From IMG/VR virus record IMGVR_UViG_3300031656_000001: DNA of 64,000 bases. One strand, written 5' to 3'. This stretch comes from a virus. A model generated the notes under the pieces. The model searched no databases. It saw only the letters and a list, made by a program, of their open reading frames with translations, and was not told the DNA's origin. Below are positions 29,257-40,076 of this stretch, piece by piece. How positions within the stretch are numbered: position 1 is the stretch's first letter; each line of letters begins with the position of its first letter. Both the position numbers and the translations under genes were made by a program.

Positions 29257-29329
29257 TCTAAGTGGTAGGACTCGAACCTACGATCTCTTGCTCCCAAAGC
29301 AAGCGGAATACCAACTTTCCTACACCTAG
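29257..29329 (-). tRNA. tRNA-Pro(TGG)
   Basis: C1-G72, CTTGC-TTTGGGA-GCAAG. Confidence 0.95.
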
Positions 29330-29361
29330 TTTTAAAGATCCATATTTCAGAATCTTTGTTG

Positions 29362-29434
29362 TTGTCCCTGCAGGGTTCGAACCTACGCTCTTCTCGATCA
29401 AAACGAGACGTGTTGCCAATTACACCAAGGGACA
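29362..29434 (-). tRNA. tRNA-Gln(TTG)
   Basis: U1-A72, TCTCG-TTTTGAT-CGAGA. Confidence 0.95.
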
Positions 29435-29442
29435 ATTTCATT

Positions 29443-29460
29443 ACCAATATGTCAAAGAAC
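29443..29460 (-). promoter_or_regulatory. boxA-like antitermination site
   Basis: GTTCTTTGACATATTGGT between an early promoter and the first tRNA. Confidence 0.6.
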
Positions 29461-29629
29461 ACTTTGTTTTAATTTACAATGTAAATGTACCACAAAACTT
29501 TTAAACTAAAAACCTTTTTTAAATATTTTTACTGAAGTTGCGAACAATTCCGATATTAACCAAAAAGAAAAAGGACCAATCTGTGAAGAGAGGTCCTTTT
29601 GAATAGATAGTTATATTAATTTAATTAAA

Positions 29630-29767
29630 TCATACTAACATTTTGTTTTCAAAAGAACCGCATAAATCCGAGTTCCATATAGACTTGCTAAAATATAAGC
29701 CACAAATCTGAACCGTCGGATTAGATCCGAATTGTTCATTTGTATTATGTCTATGTAGTGTTAGCAT
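29630..29767 (-). CDS. 45-aa small ORF or possible leader peptide upstream of the tRNA array
   Basis: MLTLHRHNTNEQFGSNPTVQICGLYFSKSIWNSDLCGSFENKMLV, followed by the hairpin at 29569-29600. Confidence 0.4.
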   Translation of the reverse strand: MLTLHRHNTNEQFGSNPTVQICGLYFSKSIWNSDLCGSFENKMLV

Positions 29768-29854
29768 TGTTAGTGTTAATTAGTGTTTATTTAATTTATA
29801 GTCTATATATCATTAACTTTTTAAAAGTTTCACAATTTCTAGGTTTATTTTCAA

Positions 29855-30466
29855 TTAATATCCCATATTCTCTGCGATGATCGTTTTTCCTCTTCTAATA
29901 CGATTCTTTATAGTCTGCAATGGAAGCTTATGTTTTGTTGCAATATCTTCATACTTCATGTTGTTAATTAATCGATCTTCAATAATAGTTTTATACATTG
30001 GCTTCAAACTGTTTATGTTCGTCAAAGCTAATTCATATCTATCTGTAAGGTCTTGATCTTCATCTAACCAATCTTGTTCTGATTTGTATTCAGACTCGAT
30101 TAATAGATCCTTAGCAGATGTATGTCCATGTTGTTCAGACAATTCAATACCAAATTCTTTCATAGCATCAATGCTATATTTAGAATTCCTCTGGCGTATC
30201 CAACCTAAACATTCATTGAATGCAATACGATATAGCCATGTTGTAATTTGATAGCTTGGATCATATTGATCAATCTTAGTCCATAACTTAGTCAGTGTGT
30301 TTGTTAAAATATCGTCTGTAGCATCACCGTCTTTAACTACATTTGCAATATAGTTTCTAAGTCCTGGTTTTACTCTTTGGTATAATTTTGTATAATCTTG
30401 TTCAGATTTAGAATTAACAAAGTTTTCTGATAATTCACGGTAGCTAGGCTGTTTTGTTTTAGACAT
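29855..30466 (-). CDS. ECF-type RNA polymerase sigma factor
   Basis: region 2 DDILTNT...TWLYRIAFNECL; region 4 MKYEDIA...LQTIKNRIRRGK. Confidence 0.9.
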   Translation of the reverse strand: MSKTKQPSYRELSENFVNSKSEQDYTKLYQRVKPGLRNYIANVVKDGDATDDILTNTLTKLWTKIDQYDPSYQITTWLYRIAFNECLGWIRQRNSKYSIDAMKEFGIELSEQHGHTSAKDLLIESEYKSEQDWLDEDQDLTDRYELALTNINSLKPMYKTIIEDRLINNMKYEDIATKHKLPLQTIKNRIRRGKTIIAENMGY

Positions 30467-30749
30467 ATATTTATTTTAAGTTGTTGTTATTATTATAGTG
30501 CTAATATAACACTTTTTATTTAATTGGGAAAGTCTTTTGTGACTTATTTTCAAAAGTTACGAACAATATTATTCGAACGGTGAAGTGGATTTGTTTAAGT
30601 TTTTAAATATTACTACAATAAAAACGATGATAGTGAAAAGTAAAATGATGTGATCCATAATTGATTTCTTATTTGTTATATGTAAATATACCACAAACTT
30701 TTGAATAAAAAAAGCTTTTTATGACTTATTTTCAAAAAATGTGATATTA

Positions 30750-31151
30750 TTATCTTAATTTGACTTCAAACCTATTCTCCATTCGATCTAACGCTTCAAC
30801 TGGAACTCCGTGAATGTTTTCACCTTCATGTCTGTTCTCTACAATTAAAGAATACACAGTATATCCATGTTCTTTTGCAAGATCATAATATGCTTTCATT
30901 TCCCATTCTTGTGTAAATGTATTTGAAACAACAATTTTATCAACATTAACCTGTTCACCATCAGTTTTCATCCATGCACTAGTTTGATTTTGGCAGTAAT
31001 TATGTGCTAACTTTAATTTGGTTGCATCAAAGTTATATACACCATCTTCCATAAAATATTGATCTGCTTCCATGTGGATTCCTCCAATTGATTTTGCTAG
31101 TGTTGTTTTTCCAGATCCTGGTAAACCTCTTAGTAAATATAATTCTTTCAT
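30750..31151 (-). CDS. P-loop polynucleotide-kinase-like protein (AAA_33)
   Basis: LRGLPGSGKTT, EADQYF, VSNTFTQEWEM, NIHGVP. Confidence 0.85.
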   Translation of the reverse strand: MKELYLLRGLPGSGKTTLAKSIGGIHMEADQYFMEDGVYNFDATKLKLAHNYCQNQTSAWMKTDGEQVNVDKIVVSNTFTQEWEMKAYYDLAKEHGYTVYSLIVENRHEGENIHGVPVEALDRMENRFEVKLR

Positions 31152-31825
31152 ATCTTAATTGTTTTCGTGAGTTGATTGTTTCTTAAAAGTTACGAACAAT
31201 TCATTAGCTTGATACTTCTGTATTATCTTCTAATCTAGTTTCTAGTTCTGTAATATATCGCAATACGCTTATTGGTGTATGTAAATAGTCTTCTTCACAA
31301 TTGTTTTTCCAGTAGTTTAAATCTTTCATATAGTTATTAGTTTTAATGCTTCTTGTAATCCTTCTTCTAATGCTTCTTCGTAATTAGGCCAATTTTTATT
31401 TCCGTAATATCTACTCCATGCTCTATACTTTACTTCTTTTGGAATAGTATCAGTCATTGGTACATATAAACTCCTATATGCTTTAGCATTTGGTAAGTAA
31501 TTAGATTCTACATTTATATCATGTGTTTCTCTTAACCATCTTTGTAATAAAGATTGAGTTGGCGCAGACGTATATGCTTTACCGTCTTCTGAATTTACAG
31601 GATAACCATCCCAGCATTCTTCTCTCATTACTTTAGATAGTTCATCTTTACTAACATAATATGCATCATGCACATCTTCATCGAATCCCTTTCCTTTTGC
31701 TAATGTTGCCGTTTCGAAACTTACTAATTGATCTTTCATATCTTAATTTGTTATACTACTAATATACAACTTTTTATTGATATAAAAAAACTTTAGAGTA
31801 CTTATTTTCGGAAAGTTGTTAACAA

Positions 31826-31933
31826 TTAAGATTCTTTAACTTCAGGAATAAACTCTATTGTTAGTTCATCAATTTGCCCATCATCGAATTCAGTCCAATT
31901 GACAGATCGTACTGCTACTAAATTTATACTCAT
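31826..31933 (-). CDS. 35-aa truncated paralog of 14473-14661
   Basis: MSINLVAVRSVNWTEFDDGQIDELTIEFIPEVKES. Confidence 0.5.
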   Translation of the reverse strand: MSINLVAVRSVNWTEFDDGQIDELTIEFIPEVKES

Positions 31934-33377
31934 TATATGTAAGACTATTTCCACTCAGATCCGAAATCTAAGTTTGGCTGTATCTTATAAGACCCATCAT
32001 CTTCAGGAGGTTCAACTCTTTCAACTACCTTTTTTACTTGGGGTTCCATTCTCTTCTTACTAGTATGATCCTTTAACATTTCAGGTCTATTTTCACGAAC
32101 CCACTTAATATACCATGGTGCGACTTTGTTAACATGAGATGCTGTCATTCCAGCGTATTTTCCAGTTCTAAATACCATATTATTTTATTTTATAATTCCA
32201 TCCAATTTGTATCTTCTGGTAAGATTGTCATAGTTCCACCGAGTTCCTTTGCTTTATTAATATAATTCTCTAGAACCGCAGTTGGAAAACTAGTTCCTGT
32301 ACCATATGATCCTTTTCGGCATTCATAACAACTACCTGAATATCCATAGAATTTTACTGTAGATTCATCTTCCATGATTCTCTCAATTCCACTGTTCATC
32401 TTCCATGCGTCACCGTCTAAATAACCACCGGCCCATGATGCAAATACCTTATGGATCGTTTTTAAAAATGGATCTGTTGCTTTTGGGTTTTCTATTTTAA
32501 CTACTACCCATTGTTCTGGTTTTGTCATGATTTTGTGGTTTTATAAATTAGATCATTTACGTTTTTTATTCCAGCTTTGATCTTTGTACATTTTTCATAT
32601 AATTCACAATCAGCATATAATTCCATAATAGCTGTTGTAAACGATTCTCCATGATACATCATTATGGTATCATAATTCGCTGTCAATAAGTTAAGATATA
32701 AACTCTTAACCGTCGATTCGTTTATTTCAACAGGCTCATCAATACGATTTCTGATCTCTAACATCATGACTCTTATCATTGATAGGGTATTATCATCCAT
32801 CTCATCTAATATATCTTCAAGTGTTATCATTTGTTTAATTTCTTAAATTTAAAAATTCGTTTACGTGTTTGAACATTAGACCTTGAAATGCTCTATCTTT
32901 AGTAGTCCATTCATATCTAAATTCATCAAAGTACATTGTATATTCAATCTCATCACCTTTAATACTCCCGTGATATCCATATCCTGTTTTGACTTCGGTC
33001 TTTGGCTTCCAATCTTTTTTAAGGTTTGTAATTAACTCATTGATCGTTAGTTCTTTAGTATGTTGCATATTATTTTATTGTAGGTTTTATATTCTTCAAT
33101 AATGATATTATATCTAATGCCAGGTCAAATCCATCTGAGGACATAGATTCTAATTCTAGCACTTGTCCTTTGATATTGTCTATTAATTCAAGCTGGGCTT
33201 GTGTTGCAATTAATTTGTCATTGTCGGTTTTAAAAATCATCATAATTATTTGTGTCGTTTATCTATTTTATACCACATTCGTGTTGACCATGAACGATAT
33301 CGGTTATTACTTTCATCTAATTCCCATATATGGCAATCATGCGGTCTTACTAAATATTTTACTAGTTGTTCCATAAT

Positions 33378-34373
33378 TTATAATCTTTTATATTCTGGTT
33401 TAATAAGTCTCCAAATGGTATCTGAATAATCTTTGTTATCCAACATTTTAAATAATACAGCTGAATACTTATTCCATTGTACCGATTCTGCAAATTCCTT
33501 TCTATTAAGATTTTTGTTAATATTGAATCTTGCAATTGTTAGTTCTTCTATCAAACGGTATTCGGATTTTAGTTCGTTAATATACACATCAACCCCCTTA
33601 AAGAACTCATCCGGCACATCTTTCAACATTTCGTAAATATCATCACCCTTACTTAAACATTCCCATACCGATTTTGTAGAGATTTCAGTCATTATTTTAT
33701 GTAACCTAAGATAATCCTCAAATTTGATTTTACATCTATCGCCATTTCCAAACTTAACCACAAATCCTTCTTTATTTTCCCAGTTCAATGTTTTTAAATG
33801 TTCATAGTTTTTAATAGTATGATATTTTTTAACGACATCATATCCATTTTCTCTGAAAGTATCTAATGAATACTCTTCACCAGAAATAGTTCCGATTCTA
33901 CCTAATAGAACCAATCTATCTTCACCAATATAATCTACTACGATTCTATTTGCAGGATAAATGATTTCAAACATATAAGTTGAACCTTTATCAAAATGAG
34001 ATTCTTGAAACTTCTCTTTAAACATTTCAGCACCTTTAATTGCTTGATCAGAAGCGAATGATCCTCTAGATGCAAATACCCATTGTCCATCATAATAGAA
34101 TGCAATACCTAAAGATCCATCCATCTTTTCATAGACATCAAATTCTTTAGTTGGTGTATGTTGTGCTTCTTCAATATTAAAAAACTTTTGAAATGGTCTA
34201 GCAACTATGTTACCTTCATTATCTGTGACCAATCCTCTGCAATGTAAAGTGATACTATCCCATTTTTTCTCAAACTGAGTGGCTTGAGAATAATTCCAAA
34301 TAGTTAATGGAAGTGTTGGATGGGTTTGTTTGATTAACCAACCTTGTTCGTAATATTCTTCTAATAGTACCAT
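33378..34373 (-). CDS. RNA ligase, T4 Rnl1/RnlA family
   Basis: CRGLV, RPFQKFFN, EKMDGSLG, SRGSF, FEII, EGFVV, KIKFEDY; start moved to MVLLEE. Confidence 0.9.
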   Translation of the reverse strand: MVLLEEYYEQGWLIKQTHPTLPLTIWNYSQATQFEKKWDSITLHCRGLVTDNEGNIVARPFQKFFNIEEAQHTPTKEFDVYEKMDGSLGIAFYYDGQWVFASRGSFASDQAIKGAEMFKEKFQESHFDKGSTYMFEIIYPANRIVVDYIGEDRLVLLGRIGTISGEEYSLDTFRENGYDVVKKYHTIKNYEHLKTLNWENKEGFVVKFGNGDRCKIKFEDYLRLHKIMTEISTKSVWECLSKGDDIYEMLKDVPDEFFKGVDVYINELKSEYRLIEELTIARFNINKNLNRKEFAESVQWNKYSAVLFKMLDNKDYSDTIWRLIKPEYKRL

Positions 34374-34461
34374 ATGTATTTTTAAGTATAATGCTAATAT
34401 AAACATTTATATTGACATAAAAAAACTTTTGAGTACTTATTTTCAAAAAACTTTTATAATA

Positions 34462-34580
34462 AACTAATATTGCCTTCCAACCGGCACCCAAACTCTATGG
34501 TTGGTACTTCTATGATAATGTTTGGTTCTGCTTATCATATTACTCTTTTTCACTATAGCTCTCGCAAGGCAATACTAATT
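34462..34580 (-). ncRNA. candidate kissing-loop structured RNA
   Basis: 15-bp terminal stem; two hairpins with complementary loops CCAAAC/GTTTGG. Confidence 0.65.
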
Positions 34581-35356
34581 TAAATATTCTTTATCTTTGG
34601 TAGTAATCAAATACCTCTTCTAATTGACTTTCGTCTTTAATAACTGAGGTCCACCAGCCACCTCCTGGTTTCTCAACGGTTTCTTCTTGATCTGCCCATT
34701 CTGTTTCAATAACATCTACAAAAAACGTCTTAGGTTTGAAAGGTAATTTAATAAACTGTCTACTTGCAAGTACGCTTCCGTCTTTTAATTTAACAGAATT
34801 ACTTGTGAAAGTGCTGCCATTGTCTCCTCTAAATATAATTGCATCTAAATAATAAGGAGCTCCATTTTTACCGTCTTTAAATATAGATGATAATCTTTTA
34901 TTTTGGTACATTGATGTTTTAGTACCGACATGGTCTGATACTTCACGCCATTCTGAATCAATACATGTGATATCACAAAGAGGTTCTTGTAAACATAATT
35001 TCTTAACAGCATCTGAAATTGCGCGAGCTGTGTATGGCGCAGAACCACCGCTCTGTCCACTTTCACCAAACTTATTTACTAATGCAAGTATCTCTTTTTC
35101 AAAAGGTATAATTAGTGCATCTTCTACTGTCTTTTTCAGAATTTTAAATTCTAATACTGCTTTTTTTACTGTGTTGCTAGTTGCCATGATTTAATTGTTT
35201 AAAGTTAATTGGTTTTCGTTAAATATATGTAATAATCCATATTCGTCCATTTCTGCAACTAATCTAACGTTACCTTCTTTCGTTTTAAATACAGATACTA
35301 TTGTACATGGAAATTTATATCCTTTTTCTTTTGTGGCTTTGTCGCCTATTTTAAAT

Positions 35357-35614
35357 TTACTCATTATTGGAGGATATTAATTTTAATTTGTTTGTTCTAT
35401 TTAGTTTTTTGATAATGCTTTCTCGTTTTGATGCGGTTGATCTATCTGACAATGTTTCAGAATATACTAAAGTTACTGGTCGTCTTGATCTGGTATACTT
35501 TGCGCCTTTATTAGATTCGTTATGTTCTATTACTCTACGAATTTTGTCGACTGTGATTCCTGTATATAAAGAACCATCTGAACATTTAACTATATAGACG
35601 TACCAATCTTTCAA
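35357..35614 (-). CDS. GIY-YIG nuclease (UPF0213-like)
   Basis: WYVYIVKCSDGSLYTGIT...RRVIEHN...KGAKYTRSRRPV. Confidence 0.9.
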   Translation of the reverse strand: MKDWYVYIVKCSDGSLYTGITVDKIRRVIEHNESNKGAKYTRSRRPVTLVYSETLSDRSTASKRESIIKKLNRTNKLKLISSNNE

Positions 35615-35994
35615 TGTGATTCGTGAAATAAAGAATTCGCCGAAATCATAGATTCTTTGGTTGCTATTTGTAATGAATCTATTTGTGGATTTAGATCTTC
35701 AACATCTTCAAACTTTTCGATTGCAGTTTTTATAGCGCCTCGTCTGGTTTTAGCCCATACTGTATTCCAACCACCTTCTTTAAAAGAGAACAAATATTCT
35801 TTGTACAGGAACACATTTGGAGTCCTCTGGAGCTGCACTAAACCTGACTGATTAATCTTATTAAGAATATTAACGATTGTGTTGTATTGCTCCCCACGAC
35901 CTACCAGCTCTTCAGAATATGAACTTAGTGCATCTTTGATTACCTGTTCTTCGGCTGGGTTTAAATTTATTTGCATAGAGTAACTTGTTTAATA

Positions 35995-36510
35995 TTAAAA
36001 ATCAGAAAATATACCTATTAGTTTTTCGAGTTCTTGTGGAACATTTCCCCATAAGTCAGTGGAAACATTAATAATTCTTGTCTTTGGATTTGATTTGTGC
36101 TTTTTGTCAGGATATCCTATAATAGACCATGATTTACTAGACTTTTTGGGCCAAGCAGCCATAGGCCAATATGAAAATGCACAATTGATATCACTGATGA
36201 AATTTACACGATTAATAATTGAACATCTAGGCGATAACATTTTCTTTTCGTCTAGTAATGCAATTGCTGAATCGAAATCACCTTCTATGAATTTGATATT
36301 ACCATTTAATCTTGTAATGCAATCTTGTGTAGTTTTTGGATCATGTGCAAAATTACCAAGATGATATACTGTATCTTCTTGTTTTACAACTGTATTCCAT
36401 TTTAAAATAAGATCATCTGTCATTTCATCGACATTTGTATATGGTCTTTTATATTTTTTAATGGCAGATGGTCTTCCCAATTGCATGTTAGATGTTACAA
36501 ATATTTTCAT
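35995..36510 (-). CDS. inactivated calcineurin-like phosphoesterase
   Basis: family scaffold retained (RPY..VDEM...WNTVV...VYHLG) but all metal ligands replaced. Confidence 0.75.
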   Translation of the reverse strand: MKIFVTSNMQLGRPSAIKKYKRPYTNVDEMTDDLILKWNTVVKQEDTVYHLGNFAHDPKTTQDCITRLNGNIKFIEGDFDSAIALLDEKKMLSPRCSIINRVNFISDINCAFSYWPMAAWPKKSSKSWSIIGYPDKKHKSNPKTRIINVSTDLWGNVPQELEKLIGIFSDF

Positions 36511-36513
36511 ATA

Positions 36514-37050
36514 TTATGCTACTATAAATTTAATGTTATATTGATCCCATAACAGAGAAACGAATTCAGTTTCATTTACTCCACCTTGAGCGTTTTTAAT
36601 TCTACTATCATCTGAATTGTCTACGAAAAGATATAGAACAAAATCATAATGTGTAGAGTATATCATAGATTGACCAACACCAGATCTAAGATCGCTGCCT
36701 GATTGTCCTCTTTTGAATTCAATGGCAACCTTAAGTCCATTCATTTCTACAATCATATCAGGTCGGTTTTGTGTACCCATAAATAAAATATGATGTACTG
36801 TTGTATTTACATTACCTTCCCATTTCAGATTCTTTTTAACGTACTCTTTGGCGATCTGTTTTTCTTTGCCATCGTTTTCTACTACATACTGTGTCAATGA
36901 TTCGACAAGATGAGGGTAGATAAATTGCTTTATCTGATCCTCATTCTTGCGTTTATAATCAATTGTACCAAATATGTCATTGTGTGTTATTGACTCTGAT
37001 ATGAGATCAAGAAACTCAATACGTTTTTGGCTCTTATTTGCTCGATTCAT
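36514..37050 (-). CDS. PD-(D/E)XK restriction-endonuclease-fold protein
   Basis: RPDM...AIEFK...GQSMIY. Confidence 0.65.
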   Translation of the reverse strand: MNRANKSQKRIEFLDLISESITHNDIFGTIDYKRKNEDQIKQFIYPHLVESLTQYVVENDGKEKQIAKEYVKKNLKWEGNVNTTVHHILFMGTQNRPDMIVEMNGLKVAIEFKRGQSGSDLRSGVGQSMIYSTHYDFVLYLFVDNSDDSRIKNAQGGVNETEFVSLLWDQYNIKFIVA

Positions 37051-37583
37051 TTGTTTCTGTTTCTAACTCAGGTGATACTGTCTCAACTTTCGTCATAGCA
37101 TCTAACTTAGCATCAACTTCTGATAATTCAGTATGTAATTCATTAAGCTTAGTATTCATTGTGCTTAATTCTTGCATTGCTATACCTACTGATTCACCAA
37201 CTTGTGTTAACATTGTGATAAATCTACGTGCGCTCTCAATTCCTGTTCCTTCAACATTAAGTAATGCTTGATAAAGCGCATTCAATTCATGTCCTCTTAA
37301 AGAAACGATTGCATCTTCATCAGATGTTACCATTCTAGCTTGTGATTTGAATTGATCATATAATGATACAACTACTGCAGCATTTTGTGTTTTCCAAGTA
37401 TATCCTTTGTTAAGGTGTTCTTGTAAAGTTTTAATAGATTTTACATTATCAAATTTAATGTCGAATCTTTTTTCTGAAGCTTCAGTTTGCATAGCATCTA
37501 TTTCTACTGCTAATTCTGATTGGCGTTTTGTTAATTTTGTACTCATAGTTAATTTATTTGTTATTGTTTATTATTTATCTTTG

Positions 37584-38057
37584 TTAAAAATCTCCGTTTT
37601 TTATTCTAATGTCGAAGTCTTCGAAATCTTTAAATTGTGCTTCGTCAGTTTGCATTCGTCTTTGTATCGTATCGTTTACATCAGCTCTGTAGTTTAGTCT
37701 TTCAATTCTAGTCATTCTATCTACATCTAAATAGATAACTGCACATTGAGCTCTGTATTCTTCAGGTAACATATCTAAACCATCTTTACTCATGATCATT
37801 ACGTCAGCTTCATTGAAATCGGTTTCAGTTTGACCATAAAACCAACCATTGAATTCCATATACTCAATAAAATCATTTGCTTCTATTTTTGCTTTAAATT
37901 GTTCTTTAGTTACAAAATGATAATCGGTACCATCTACTTCGTTAGGCCTTGCCTTTCTACTAGTATGACTTACGCCGACCGTAAATCCTTTCTTTTCTAA
38001 TTTCTGCTTTAAATAATCTTTTCCAGATGCTGCTTTTCCTACTAGTATTAATTTCAT
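37584..38057 (-). CDS. gmk: guanylate kinase
   Basis: GKAASGKD, SHTSRKARPNEVDGTDYHFV, FIEY...YG. Confidence 0.9.
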   Translation of the reverse strand: MKLILVGKAASGKDYLKQKLEKKGFTVGVSHTSRKARPNEVDGTDYHFVTKEQFKAKIEANDFIEYMEFNGWFYGQTETDFNEADVMIMSKDGLDMLPEEYRAQCAVIYLDVDRMTRIERLNYRADVNDTIQRRMQTDEAQFKDFEDFDIRIKNGDF

Positions 38058-40076
38058 ATTGTTTATATGGTCTAGTTTATAATTGTTTAAGTTAAAATAT
38101 AAAATGTAAGATTTTATATAGTATTGTTTCGCTTTTTGTTTTCTTATATCCCCATAATTCAGATTCGTTCATGTTCTCCATCCATGTTCTACTAGGTTTT
38201 CCTAAGAATAATATGTCAAAATTATCTACAGTAAATCTCTTAACGTTTGTTCCGTTTGGTAATCTACATTCAAATGCTAATAAGCAACTAACAATATAAT
38301 TCTTTCTAATTTGTAGAAGATTAAATCCCCAGCACCCATCGCCATCGTGCAAATAAATGTCTAATAGATTTATTTGTAAATTCCATTTTCTTGTTTTCCA
38401 AGATACTTTTTGTAGTAATCCCATTATTGTTCTAGTTTATAAAGGTCTTTTAGTAAAGATGAATATGTTCTTTCGCATGATTCAAAATGAAACACATCAA
38501 CAAATGATGACATGTTATTGTATACTGACCATAAGTATTGTCCAAACCTCAAATCAGTTGAATTTCTTCCGTCACCATTTTCAGATGACCAATTTAAATA
38601 TTCTTCGTTTAATATAGTGTACGTTAGTTGCATATAGTCTTATACAAAGAACCAACTAAAAGTTTCTTTAATTATACTAATTGATACTTCATGATATATG
38701 AACCATTTGATCCAAACAAATGGCCAAAATATAAAGTCCATTATTGACCAGAAAATACTTCCATGTATGTGATGTCCTATTACTGCGGTTGGTAGTGCAA
38801 ATAAAATAGTTGGTAGTGAAAAGTTAAAATTCCACTTTGTGTTTTTAGTTTTTATCTTCATGTTTTTTACAATTACAAATTCCTAATTCATCCCAATCTC
38901 CGCAACATTCCGGTTTGGGTATTTTTTTATCTGGTGATGACTGATTCCACATTTCATCCCAAAAGATCATATCATCCGCCATTTTCTACGATATATGTAG
39001 TTTCTACTTCTGGATCTTCTATTACATGAACTATACGTGGTCTTGGTGCTCCATTAGCTTCTAAGATCTTACATGCTCTATTATATACAGTCTTTGGTAT
39101 ACAACCATTGATACCAGAACCTATGTCACCTGGTACATCTAAAATGCTTTCAATATACTTGTAAATAAAATCGTTTTCTTTCATATTACTCATCTTCAAA
39201 TTCGTTAAGATCATCTAGTCTATTAATTTTAAAATAGATATCGTCTAATCGTTGCTTCTTCTTTTTTAGATGAAGTTTACGTTTACGATCTCCTGGATCA
39301 TAATCTTCACGTGAATCTTTACTCTTTTTCATTAATTGGATAATTATACGGTGGTACACTACCATCAGTTGTCGTTTGACACCATATGTTTGGTGGATTT
39401 CCTGTTCCTGGCGGAAATGGAATATAAGGCATGTTTGGTGGTGGATATGAGAAATCTGGCATTGTGATTATTGGAACTATTACATTCTCATTAAGTAATA
39501 ATACAGCTTCATTTGTATTTATATTACCGTCTTCATGTAGTTCTGTAATTCTATCGATACATCTCTCTTTCTTATTAAGAATGATATCAGCCCATTTAAT
39601 TGTTATGTGACCTTGATCTAATAGCCTTTCTATGATTGATTCTCTGTTCATGATTTGTTAATTTAGTTATTATACAAACTTGGTTTCACTTTGTTTCAAA
39701 AAAAAGCACCGTATTTATTAGGTGCTTAATTCTTCTTTTTCAGGGATGTCTTTATTTCTTCTTTTTAGATTTACATAAATTAATTTGTTCTTCTACATTT
39801 TCAAAGTGCATTGTTATCTGATCTACTGCTTCACTTAATAGATCTCGTTGCTTATCATCAATATCATCTACTCTGTCAATTTCTTGATCAATTCTAATAT
39901 CAAGAGCATGAGTACGATCTAATAATTCGATATGTACGTCTTCGAAATCTAATTTGAATAGATCAAGTTCGTTAGTTAATGCTTTAATTTTCATAATTGA
40001 TCTAATTACATATACTACGGCATATGTTACTAATACTACTAATGATCCTAATGCGAATGCTGCTAATTGTTCCATG

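Noticed and set aside
26155-29504. ORFs of 60-95 aa across the tRNA array
   Set aside because: They overlap tRNAs or structured RNAs and are spurious
3826-34406. Apparent shared N-terminal motif MYISSIIK / YISIIIK / FILALY on several ORFs
   Set aside because: It is the translation of the early promoter DNA; the true starts are downstream
4071-34450. CRISPR array or integron attC sites
   Set aside because: The repeats are dispersed, gene-spaced, promoter-like and non-palindromic, with no cas or integrase gene in the window
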